DNA of 37,418 bases from Vicugna vicugna. Its lineage: Eukaryota. This document shows positions 20,383 to 30,710 of this stretch, one piece after another (position 1 is the stretch's first letter; each line of letters begins with the position of its first letter). The stretch lies in contig MU058492.1 in assembly GCA_013265495.1 (NCBI GenBank), forward strand, positions 7,420-44,837, given 5' to 3'. Both the position numbers and the translations under genes were made by a program. The notes beneath the pieces are model-generated. The model was not told the origin of the DNA. It ran no database searches and worked only from the letters and a program-made list of their open reading frames with translations.

Positions 20383-22260
20383 GGGGACCGGTAGCTCCCC
20401 CCACAACACGTCCCCCTTTCTTAGAGTGTGCTGAAGGCAGAGCATCTGAGGAGGGAAGTGATTTGGGAGTGAGGGGCCTACGGACGGCTTGTGAACTCTT
20501 ACCTTTTTTTAATTATCACGTTCTTAGAGAATGTTTTGTTTTTGTTGTTTTACTCTGTTTTATGGGGACCCTTGAAACTACTCTGCTATCAGATGAAGGT
20601 AAATTGGATGCATGACCCTTGTTGTATTTATAATTTCCACTAGAGGGTGCTGTCGGGTCACTTTTCAGTGGACTCGGCTGCCCTAAGGCTGTGAAGGAGC
20701 TGCTGGGCTTGGGCTTCTGTCCTGAAGGAGCCGCAGCAATGGAGCGAAGCGCCCCCTCTGCCTTGGTTTGGCAGGATGTGGCAGTGGTCCCCGTGACAAG
20801 GAGCAGCTGTCCGGCGCGGAGCCCTGCGGTCCTGAAATACACTGCTAGGGAGAGACAGTCCCTCATTAACAGCCCGGCTCGTCTCCCGGCTTTTTGCCTC
20901 AGTTGTGATTCAGACACGTTTGCCCTTCACTTCACTTACTGCCACAGTTGAGGAGAAGCACCAGGTCCCCCCGCAGCAAGACCGCCAGGCCGGGGCCTGG
21001 GAAGGGGGAAAAAACCGCCCTGGAGGCAGCTGCGAAAACCCGCTCTGCTTTTGGACAGAAACCGGTCAGGCAGCTGTCTTGCCTTTGTCGAAGACTCCCG
21101 CCCTTTCAGTAACGCGCAGAGCTGAGGTTGCAGAGGCACGGCTGTCTTTCCGGGCTGCTTCCAGCCCGCAGGGCTGCTTCAGGGCTGCCCCTCCGCCTGC
21201 CCTTCTCCCGGGTTCCCACCTGTGTGCCTCCCACCCGCGGGCCCTGCTGCGGGGCAGCTGCTTAGCAACCGAGCCAGAGACGGTTGCCTCTCTCAGCAGA
21301 ACCACGGGACCAGCAGACCAGGGACACCAGCTCCTCCGTGAGGAGGTCCTGACCCTGTCAGGCCACCATGACGGGCCTGCCAGTGCAGGAGCTGCATCTT
21401 CTTCCTTGGAGGCAGATGTGCAATTTTGACCCTCCTCCCCCCCAAGGCTTCAGTCGCCTTGTGCAGAGATAGTTTGCACCTAGGGGGTGGGATTCCAGCG
21501 TTGATCAAAGCTGCTTTACACTTCATCGCCTGGGCAGTGTGACTTCTGGGCTAGAGTCGTTTAGTTGCATTGAGTCCAAGCCTGAATAGACTGAGGGCAT
21601 TGTCATGCTCTTCTGCTGTGATGATGGCCATTTTGAGGGATATTTCAGGGTCTTGGCCTGCAGAAAACGACCTGAGAGCTAGCTCTTAATCCTTAAAATC
21701 AGGCCAATTATGATCTGGCTCCTTGAGTTAGAATTGGTCAGCTTGGTTGGGAAAAACGTATTTGGAAATTGCAAAAGTTCCTCCTAAGTTAAAGGTGGTT
21801 TGTCTGCAGAGTTCCAGAATCCTCGAATCGTGGTCGAGCCCCGTAAGGGAAAGGAGGACAGCCCCTCTCCTGCCATTGTCCCCTGCACCGCTTTTGTTTC
21901 ATGCCAGGCTGGTGGCATTTGGTGCTCACAGGAGTCCTGTCTTCAAAGACAAGCATTTTGGGCTCCTCTTCAGGGCAGGCCATTGTCACTTAAAGCCCAC
22001 CCCTGAGGGCGTAGGACCAGGAGCCCCCTGCGTCCACAGGCCAGGCCGCCTTGGGGAGCACTCCCCTCGGGGGTGCCGGTTAACCTCTGTGCTGTGTTCC
22101 AGTGCAGGTTTTAATGCGTATTTTTATATATAGATCTTTCTAAAAGGCCAGATTTGGTGCCAGGTTTTAGATTCAGGTCACTATAATTTGTAATACATTC
22201 CCTGATTCAGTGAAGGTTTTCTTTAGACTGGTTAATTAAAAGAAAATTAAAAATTTATAA
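20383..22260 (+). other. Probable UBIAD1-derived 3'UTR remnant with ATTAAA poly(A)-signal candidates
   Basis: Follows the UBIAD1 stop. ATTAAA at 22235-22240 and 22246-22251 is followed by T/GT-rich sequence. The extent is inferred. Confidence 0.4.
20637..20651 (+). promoter_or_regulatory. CTCF-like motif (one probable CpG-decay mismatch)
   Basis: CCACTAGAGGGTGCT compared with CCACTAGAGGGCGC. Confidence 0.45.
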
Positions 22261-23789
22261 AAGGATATTTTTGTCAGTGGACTGGCTTCCAGTTTTTCTT
22301 TGCTTTCCTCCTAGTTCTTGTCCTGTTGTCTGATTGTGAAGTCTGACTCATGAACCTCAGGAGACCAGCGCAGAGACTTCTGGTGGGAGTAGGGGGCGGA
22401 GTTCCTGATCTTGGGTGTAGAGTGTGACCAGATTTAATGAGCTCTTGGAAGGGGCAGTAGGGACCCCTCCGGGTCAGTGTGGCTTTGCCAAGAGCCAGTC
22501 AGGCCAGATGAACCTTGCTTCCTTTGGTCCTTTCCTACTTTCATTTTTCCTGATGGTGTCACTGTGCTGATAGGTTGAGAGCATTCAGCAGACAGCGTGC
22601 TTTTGCTTTTCTGCTAGGCATCTGATGATACATCCTTATGAACGAAGCAGAGACATGCAGAGTGGATAGCAGTCAAGTCAGGTGAATTTCGGGAGACCCC
22701 GCAAGCTGCGGGGGCGGGCCGGCCGGCCGGCCGGCATGTCAGGGGCAGCCAGGGAGCAAGCCTTTAGCGGCGTGCATGAGCCTGCCCGCTGAACCCTCGT
22801 AGTTAATGATTGGAATCGGGCAGCCGAAATCGCAGGTTTTGTAAACCACGGAGGAAGAGCTTATAAAGGAAGTCAAAAGGCTGCTTTGATGTGTCAAAGG
22901 CGAAATTCAGCATGAAAAAAGCACCATTCTTGGGTCTCCAAAGCCAACCCAGTCACATCAGAAGGACGGTCCATGGAGCGAGGGCAGCAGATGTGGGTGT
23001 GAATTTTATCAATGACCCTGAGGTCCAGCATCACGGCCTTGATTTCTGTGAGATTTACTCTGCTGCCCAGTGGGGGTGGCTGGAAATTAAGCCGCAGCCA
23101 CCTCTCGGGCCTGCTTCCATCTCCCTAGGACCACCCAGGAGCCCTGGGCCTCCGTGGGGCCTGAAGCCGGGGGTGCTGGCTGCGTCCTTGCTCCGTCTGC
23201 TCACTGTCTGTGAGGTTGTTTCCCAGCTCCTTCGTGCTGGGGCCCGGCCTGGGAATCCACCCTTGTTTCTTAGATAACTCTGCTCTAGAAGGGTTCAAAG
23301 TGCCCTGACAGCGGCCCTCCTTGCTGAGTTCTGTGGGCCTGGAGGCCACTCGTCCCTGCCACCCCATCCCCATTTCTGCCCAGTCTTGGGGAGGCTCCCA
23401 GTTCCTCCATGAACAACCTCATCCACCTCCCCCACTCAAAGCATCTCCCTCCTTGCCCACCCCTTGTAGGACCTCTGCACGAAAGCCCACCCAGGGGGCC
23501 TTTAGAAGCTCAGTGCTGGCCTTTTCTGGAGAACATCCTATGTTATCCTACCAACTCATCTGTTACTCCTTCATTAAAACCAAAATCTGGCCTGTAACCT
23601 GGCCCAAAGCTCAGTTTGAGTCAGTGAGGAGTTTTGGCTTCCATGATGGTTAATATGATCTGAGGTGGAATTAACAGTGTCCAGAACAAGGAAGGCGTGA
23701 GTCCTGCCCACCCTGTGTTGTTGAGACCGCACGTGGTGGGCCAGCCCCTTCCTGGGCATCTTCCCTTCTTTCTTAGTTTCTAGTTTCTT

Positions 23790-23888
23790 TCTTTCTATTT
23801 TTAAAATGGAGGTACTGGGGACTGAACCCAGGACCTCGTGCATGCCAAGCATGCGCTCCACCTCTTGAGCTATACCCTCCCCCACCCC
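23790..23888 (-). mobile_element. tRNA-derived SINE, camelid Vic-1-like
   Basis: Minus strand reads GGGGAGGGTATAGCTCAAG...GAGCGCATGCTTGGCATGCACGAGGTCCTGGGTTCAGTCCCCAGTACCTCC plus an A-rich tail (A/B boxes present). TSD-like AGTTTCTAGTTTCTT (23775-23789) and AGTTCCTTGTTTCTT (23889-23903). Confidence 0.8.
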
Positions 23889-23929
23889 AGTTCCTTGTTT
23901 CTTGATGGAGCAATTGCGGTGGTAGATCA

Positions 23930-24510
23930 AGAGCATTCCAGGGACATAATGCACTTGGACTTCAGCAAAGCATTTGACAAATGAGATGAATTGTGGAAGG
24001 CGGAAAATACAGCTAGAGGAACTTCACTTCTACCCGCACATGCGTGTGTGTTTTCACACCGGTAACAGCTGCGGCAGAGGCTTTATGTCTCTCAGCGTGG
24101 GAACCACATTCTGAAGATGTTATTAACAAACTGGATCTTGTCCAGAAAGCAGTAGGCAGACTAGGCACTTAAAACCATGTCAGCATGGAAAGGAGACTCG
24201 AGAGGGCTGTCTTGGGGGAAAGGGATTGGGCTGTGTGTGTGTGTGTGACCTCAAAGGCAAAGCCAGGACTCATGGGTAGACATTATATGGCCCCAAGTTT
24301 GAGCTCTTTGGTCAGGAAGAACTTCCTAGCTGTTGGAGGAATCCGCAAGTGAGGTATTTGAAGCGTCCAGTAGGCAGTGAGCTCCCTGTGACTAGAGGCA
24401 TTCAAGTGAGAGGATGATTCTTCATCAGGAACACTGAAGCAGAGTCGGACATCAGCGAGGGGGTGTGCAAGAAGACCTTAAGTGTCTTCCCCTCCTGTGA
24501 CGTGGTGGTT
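23930..24510 (+). mobile_element. L3/CR1 LINE fossil
   Basis: DIMHLDFSKAFDK (CR1 reverse-transcriptase motif) at ~23943-23981. L3-like 3' end AGGAAGAACTTCCT...GTGAGCTCCCTGTGACTAGAGGCATTCAAG. Confidence 0.7.
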
Positions 24511-25744
24511 CTGTTACTATGGGATCATCTCTCAGACCTGCCCCCAAGGTTTGGGAGGACAGAGCACAAGAAACACGTTGACAGTTCTCCGTGATGTCAG
24601 ATGGTTGTCTGCCCGTTTTAACAGGTGCGGCTGTGACTGATACTACTTTTTTTTTATAAGATTATACACACACGCGCGCACACACATACACACAAGTACA
24701 CACGCGAGCTGATTTCCCCCTTGAAAGCCCTTGGCGTGAGGCGGATGACAGCTCCTCTCTCCGAGCCCCTGGACCACTCTGCTGCCAGTGGGCTGTCAGC
24801 CTCTTTCACGGGGGGCTCCAGACTGCAGGCTGGTGTCGTGTAGAGGTGGTGCCTCTGGCAAGAACCTGGCACTTGTGTCTCAGCCAGCTGACATTTGTGA
24901 TTTTGCCCTTTTTCAAATCGGGACAGGCCTCCCACCGTGAGTGACTAAGCCAGGATGCCAAGCAGCGGCACCAGCCAGGTCGGGTCCCCTGCCTGAAGGA
25001 GTAACAAGGGCCAAGTCCGGGCTCTTCAGGTGGGCCTGCAGGCAGTTTCCTGGGGTGGGGGAAGGGCTGTAATTGCAGGGCAAAGCCCCCTTCAGTGCTC
25101 CTGACCCCCCTCAAGATGCAGGAGCTCTGGGAGGCTCCTGGGCATCTCGAGAGGGACAGTGAAGGTATTGCTCCCATGCTCTCAACCGGACTTTGGGGGT
25201 GCAAGGAGGTGGACCTGGGGCCCTTCTATGATGCCAATACATCCGGAGAGGCAGCCCTCTGCCTACTGTGGCTCTCGGGCCCCCTAAGCCCACACTTCTG
25301 CACTCCTGCCAGATCCTTGTCACCCTCTCCCCCAGCCTCCCTTAGAATCGTCCCCACTAGGGTCACAGTGGGTGTAACAGGGAAGGCGACAACACGGCGT
25401 CACACGCCTGTTAGTTTGTCAGCACGTCTGCTGTGAACCGCCCCCGGCAGGCGCGAGGACTAAAGAGCTTTATTTACCGTCTTCGCTTGGCACGTGCACG
25501 GGGCTCAGGATCCAGAGCGGGCGCCCGGTCACCGGCGCTGCAGGACTGGGTGGCCCCCGGGAGGCTGGTGGTAGGGCTGACCGACAGGTGAGAGTTCGGG
25601 CCGCCGCATCACACGTGCTGCCCCTGGGCAGGAAGGGGTTGGGGGGGGGACCAGGGTGGTGACACTTAAGATCTTTTAAGATCCGGCTCATCTGCCTGCT
25701 ACATGGAAGCTTCTAAATAAATAAATGTTCGCTGAATGATTGAG

Positions 25745-25950
25745 TGAATGAAAGCTACCGCTGTGTGCCAGGCATGGCGCTTAAAGCTTAAATACATTCT
25801 TTTAAGCCTCATAACAACCTTATGAATGGGTATTAAGGTCTTTTTTTGATAAGAGAGGAAACAGGTGCAAGGAGATTATTACCTTTGCCCAGGGTCACCC
25901 CTAGTAAGTGATGGAGCCATGGTTCTGCCCTTGAACTATTTCAGTGCAAG
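25745..25950 (-). mobile_element. MIR SINE
   Basis: TGTGTGCCAGGCA...CCTCATAACAACCTTATGA...GAGGAAACAGG...TTGCCCAGGGTCAC...CTAGTAAGTGATGGAGC. Confidence 0.75.
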
Positions 25951-27674
25951 TTCTGCTCCTCATCTCTGTCCTTGAGGGCCCTGCAGCGCCTTGTAGGCTG
26001 GGGACTCGGTCACCTGGCCTGCCCTCGGGAGTGAGGGGGGGTGAGGGAGGGGAAACCAGGTGGTGGGTGCCTGAGAAGCGGGCTTCAGAAGCATCAAGGG
26101 GCACCACAGCCTTCACAAATTCCCTGGCCCCACCAGTGCCCTTAGGCAGGGGCTCCTGGGGTTGCTCCCAAGAGTATGTGAGGGACTGGGTGGCTCAGGG
26201 CTGGGGGAGGCGGTTCCCGTCCCAACGGGGTAGCTGCATTCTTGCTGGAGGAACTCTAACCCGGGAAGCAAAGAACTTGAGACCTGGCACAAGAGACAAG
26301 CAGCTGGAGGTAGTGGAGGTACCATGGGCTGGGCACTGCCCTTGGCACTGGCCTGCTGCCCTCTGCTCTTCCAGGTGAGGCCCCCTCAAACCCTGTGCCC
26401 TCTAATATCCTCTGGAGGCCAGCTCTGAGGAGATAATAATTAAACCCACTTGCCTAACCTGCTCTGGCTGGTTGGACTAAGGTTTTGGGTCAGATCTGCC
26501 CATCCTTGGATGATGCCCACTCATGACGACGCAGGAAGGTCCGTTCTCGGGTTAAAGTGAGACTCCTGTTCCCCCATCTGCCTGTCTTCATTTTCTCTCC
26601 TTCCCGCAGTCCTCACCCAGCCACTGAATCAGTGTCCACATCAGGAATGTGGGGGACTCTGCTCCTGGGAATGTGGCTGGGGGAGACAGAAGGAGCCCCC
26701 TGCTACCTTCTGGGTGAGCAGCACGGGGAGCTGAATGTGACATATGTTTGGGACCCAGAAGACTTTCTCTTTGGGTTCAGTGAGAGGAGGCAGATGCATG
26801 TCAACTATCGAATAAACCCTGATGACCACAATACATTGAGGGTAAAGATGGAGGATGCTGGACGGAGCTAATCAGGAAGGCTTCCAGGAGGAGGTGACGA
26901 TGATTCATTATGAAGGCTTCCAGGAAGAGGTAGCCATGGGGTGATGGTTTCCTGGGAAGCTGAGGTCCTGAAAGACAGCTGTCCCCGGTTCGCCGAGTTG
27001 GAGAAAGTCCCTTGGTTGCTGCCTGAGAGTGTGGGCGAAGTTCCCCTTAATCAGCCTCTTTGGCAGCACAGCCAGACGGCTGCAGCATTGAGGTGGGTGT
27101 GCTAAAGGGCCATCGTACCACTGCCAAGGTCAAAGCCTGAAGAATGAAAAGCCCTGACACCTTCTCGCTGAGAAACAAACAGGAGCGGATGGTGGGGTTT
27201 TAACCAGCCAAGGCTGCCGATATCTAATCAAGATGAATGGCCTTGAGAGATGAGGCCCAGGCCCAGGGAAGGCATCGAGCTGGGGAAGTGGGGAGACTGC
27301 CTCACTCTGGCTGCATGGAGCCCAGATTCAGGGAAGATGCAGAGGGGGTCAGAGGCCACCACTGTCACTGTCACCAACGTGGGCCTTCTAGCTAACACTT
27401 CTCCTAGCCAGAGACAGCTGAGAGCCCGCTCTGGGCCAGCTCTGTCCCAGGACTCAAGATAAATGAAGCATGCCCTTGCCTTTTAAGGGCTGGAAAGAGC
27501 TGGTGGGAGAGTTCAAATGCGTACGTTACTCTGATGCCATCTCAAGTGTCATTAACAGAGGCACTGTGGGAGAAGGAGGGCAGCAGAGATTAATTTCCCT
27601 GCTCCCCACTGTTGCAGACCCTGGTCAATTCACTCCCTGTGACACAGCCCTCTTTCTCACCTCTGAGCCTTTCT

Positions 27675-27689
27675 GGCGCCATCTGCTGG
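27675..27689 (-). promoter_or_regulatory. CTCF core motif (reverse orientation)
   Basis: Minus strand CCAGCAGATGGCGCC matches the CTCF core consensus. Confidence 0.6.
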
Positions 27690-27864
27690 GGACTCTGAGG
27701 CCAGGCAGTCACTCCCAGTTAACTGAGCAAGTATTAACCGTACAGCACTTGGCTAGGCTCTGGGGTAGAACAGGTGCGACTTGGTCCCTACCCTCAGGAA
27801 TCTTACAATCTCAGAGGAAAGACAGACAGGCACTCCTTACGTCACTCATGGAGCTTGACTGGTT

Positions 27865-28100
27865 AAACACAGAGTCTGACAGCACTGGGTTTAATTAGGT
27901 CCAGGCTGTATCACTCGCCCTGTGGAACTGCTCAGCTAAGTCATGTAATCTCTGTGAGCTTCCAGTTCCTTCTCTCCAAAGGAGGATGACAGTATTTGCC
28001 TTGTGGAGTAGTTTTGAGTTTAAATGAAACATTGTTCAGAGAGTACTTACTTAGCATGGTGCCTGGGATGTGGTAGGCACCTCAGAATGTGGGTCTCCTT
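27865..28100 (+). mobile_element. MIR SINE
   Basis: CTGGGTTT...AAGTCATGTAATCTCTGTGAGCTTCCAGTTCC...TTAAATGA...CTTAGCATGGTGCCTGG. Confidence 0.65.
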
Positions 28101-30224
28101 TCCTTCCTTATTGATGAATATTTTAGAATGTGGTTGTTTCTGTATAATCTCAGAATTCTCTGCTAAGGGGCAGAGGACCCAGGGCTGACATGATGGTGTT
28201 CTTCAAGTGTCAACACAATGCCTGGTACAGTCATTCATTCACTCAACAAACACTCATTGAGCACCTGATAAGTATCAGGCACTGTGATAAAAACTAAAAA
28301 TAGAAGGGGAACAAGACCAGGTCCCTGCCCTTATGGAGCTTATAAAACAGTAAGGGAGGCAGAAAAGAAAAACAATTCTTGTGAAACTCTATGTGTGTGT
28401 GTGCGGGGTCCCTTTAGTGGTTTCCTGGGGAGCTCTGCTCTGGCACCCACACAATGTTCTATGAGGAAGCCAAGGGATGACCCATTTGAGCCTTTCTCTC
28501 AGGGAGACTGGAATCCCAGAAGGTTGCCCCTCTGCCCACCAGAGCCCGGGACCCCTGAGGTTCTGGCCTTGGGGCCAGAGACTGTCAAGGTGGCTTCCTA
28601 TCTGAATGTCCTACAGCCCTGGGAGCCTGAGCGTGGAGCAGGTGCCAAGAGAGTGTTGGATGGGGAGACAGATGGTCTTATAGATGGTTGTGAATGGCTT
28701 GTAATTCAGAGAGGCTTCAAGAATATTCCGGTTAAAGGAATTTTCGGGGATCCAATTTCCCATATGTGCCCTGGGGAGAGGAAACACCATCTTCTTGGGT
28801 TCCTGTCAAAGTTCACCCAGGGAAGGACATCCAGAAAACGTCTGAAGTCTGTTTTTCTGAGGTTGTCATTCTATTAAAAAAAATTTGCCCACGTGTCTGT
28901 GTGTGCACGTGTGTGCGCACCTGTGTAGGTGCGGGGACCCTGGCTCCCCTGCTCCCTCACCAGCAGGCAGTTACTGCTCTGGGTATTCAGGGAGAGCCGA
29001 AAATTAACGGAACTCAATGCGATGAGCGACACCTTGTAAAGCAATCTCAATGACCAGACAACCAATCTCCGTGCAGTTCCAGAGAGGATGGAAGGAAACC
29101 AGGGGGGAAGTGAGCAAATGACAGCCCGGAGCCGCTCGAGCAGAGGCGGCGAGATGGAGCTGTTCGTCATCCTGCCAGCTCAGAACAGAGGGGGGCACGC
29201 GGGCAGGCTGCCGGCCGGAGAGGAGCATCCCTTTTCCAAGAAGGGACAGCGAGGGGACGGTGACAAGCAAAGACGCCCGAGTTAGTGCTGCGTAATCCGT
29301 GCCCGGGCCGTCGGGTGGCAGCGGCTGATTCTCCCCTGACAGCGGGGAGAAGACCTGCTTCTCCAGGGGGCCCAGGCTCCTGGGGGAGGCCAGGCCGTGC
29401 CCCGGGGCCCCACCCCCCACCCCCAGGAGAACCGTGGTGCTGGTTCTCTAGTCCCTCCTGGAGGGGCTGGTGACCTGGCCTGAGCAGCCGCTCCCGGAGG
29501 GGACCTGGGCTAGTGGGTGGAGGGCATCCTCACATTGACCCCAGGGGTCTAAGCCTGGGAAAGGGCACAGTCCGTCCTCACCGCCCCACCCGGCTCCCAG
29601 TGAGAGTCTCCATCCTCAGGGCCCCTCACGCCCCCTCCACGCGCGTCTCCGCCCCGCCCCCGGCCCCGCCCCCTCCCCGAGAGGGGCCCGCCCCCTTGTT
29701 TCTGCTCCAGGTCCCAAGGCCACAGGATGGCAGATGCTCAGCCCCCATCAGCTTTTCTCTGACTCTAAACCCAGCACTCACTTGGTTAAAAATCTTTTTC
29801 ACTTTCAATGCTTCTCCTTTCTTTTGGAGGGGCGAAAAGGGTGATGAGTTGTTGGTGGTTTTTTTTTATATATATAAATCTCATTTTCAATTGAAATCTC
29901 CTTAAAAATATTGAAACAACCGCAGCTTCCTCTCTCATCGTTGTCTCCCTCTCCGGTTCTCTTTCCTGCCTCTCCTCCCCTTCCCTCTCTAACCCTTCTC
30001 CCCGCTCCCCCAGCTCCCCCTGCACGTGGGGGCTCATCCTGCTGATTGTCCCGATGTGGGAGGAATTGAGGGGCCCATCAGAGAAAGGGTCTTGGGGTTC
30101 CCACTGAGTGAAAGGGGGATGGATGATTCTGTTTCCTTTCTGCAGTCTGACCTCGGGGGTCATCTCAGCCATCCTTCCCAACTGGAGCAGAAGCGTGGCT
30201 CCTGCAAATTTGGTAGACACCATC

Positions 30225-30372
30225 TTTTTTTTTTTTTTTGCACTTTATTTTTTGATGGGGGAGTAATTAGGTTTATTTGTTTATTTTTAAATGGAGGTAC
30301 TGGGGATTGAACCCAGGACCTCATGCATGCTAAGCACACACTCCTCTACTGAGCTATACCCTCCCTACCCCC
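30225..30372 (-). mobile_element. tRNA-derived SINE, camelid Vic-1-like
   Basis: Poly(T) tail, then ATGGAGGTACTGGGGATTGAACCCAGGACCTCATGCATGCTAAGCACACACTC...TGAGCTATACCCTCCC. Same family as the 23790 copy. Confidence 0.82.
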
Positions 30373-30539
30373 TAGTAGGTATCACCTTTAGGTGTGAACA
30401 GCCCCAGACAAAACTGCCTACAGAAACCCACCCTGCAGTGTCTCACCACCCTTGTCCTCAGTTCTGCTGTCTGACCTGCATTAGGTTCACATACAGGTTT
30501 ATCACTCTTGAGATTTGTAGCAATTCAAGGATGGAGTTA

Positions 30540-30710
30540 CGAGAGTACCCATTTTATAGATGAGGAAACTGAGGCTCCTGCAGCAAGTTTAAGCACTTGG
30601 CTCTCAGTGTGCCCAGACACATTTAGCCTCCCAAGGTCACAGAGCCAGTGGCCAAGCTGGGATTAGAAGCCAGGTCCTTTGACTCCTCCCCCAGTGCTCT
30701 TTCCACTAGG
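30540..30710 (-). mobile_element. MIR SINE (interrupted)
   Basis: CCCATTTTATAGATGAGGAAACTGAGGCT...CCCAAGGTCACAGAGCCAG...GCTGGGATTAGAAGCCAGGTC. Confidence 0.8.

Noticed and set aside
19622..20615. 270-aa and 217-aa ORFs as an intact UBIAD1 or a retrogene
   Set aside because: Each holds only part of the exon because of two frameshifts. Homology begins at a splice acceptor, exon 1 is absent, and there is no poly(A) or TSD to indicate a retrocopy.
23810..23885. tRNA gene
   Set aside because: The tRNA-like A/B boxes belong to a SINE head with an A-rich tail and TSDs. A second copy lies at ~30295-30370.
23943..23981. LDFSKAFD reverse-transcriptase motif as an active retroelement or RT system
   Set aside because: It is a short motif followed at once by a stop codon, within a decayed L3/CR1 fossil.
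28284..28877. 197-aa ORF
   Set aside because: Starts at a non-ATG codon inside an L2-like fragment and runs through a (TG)n tract. No homology recognised.
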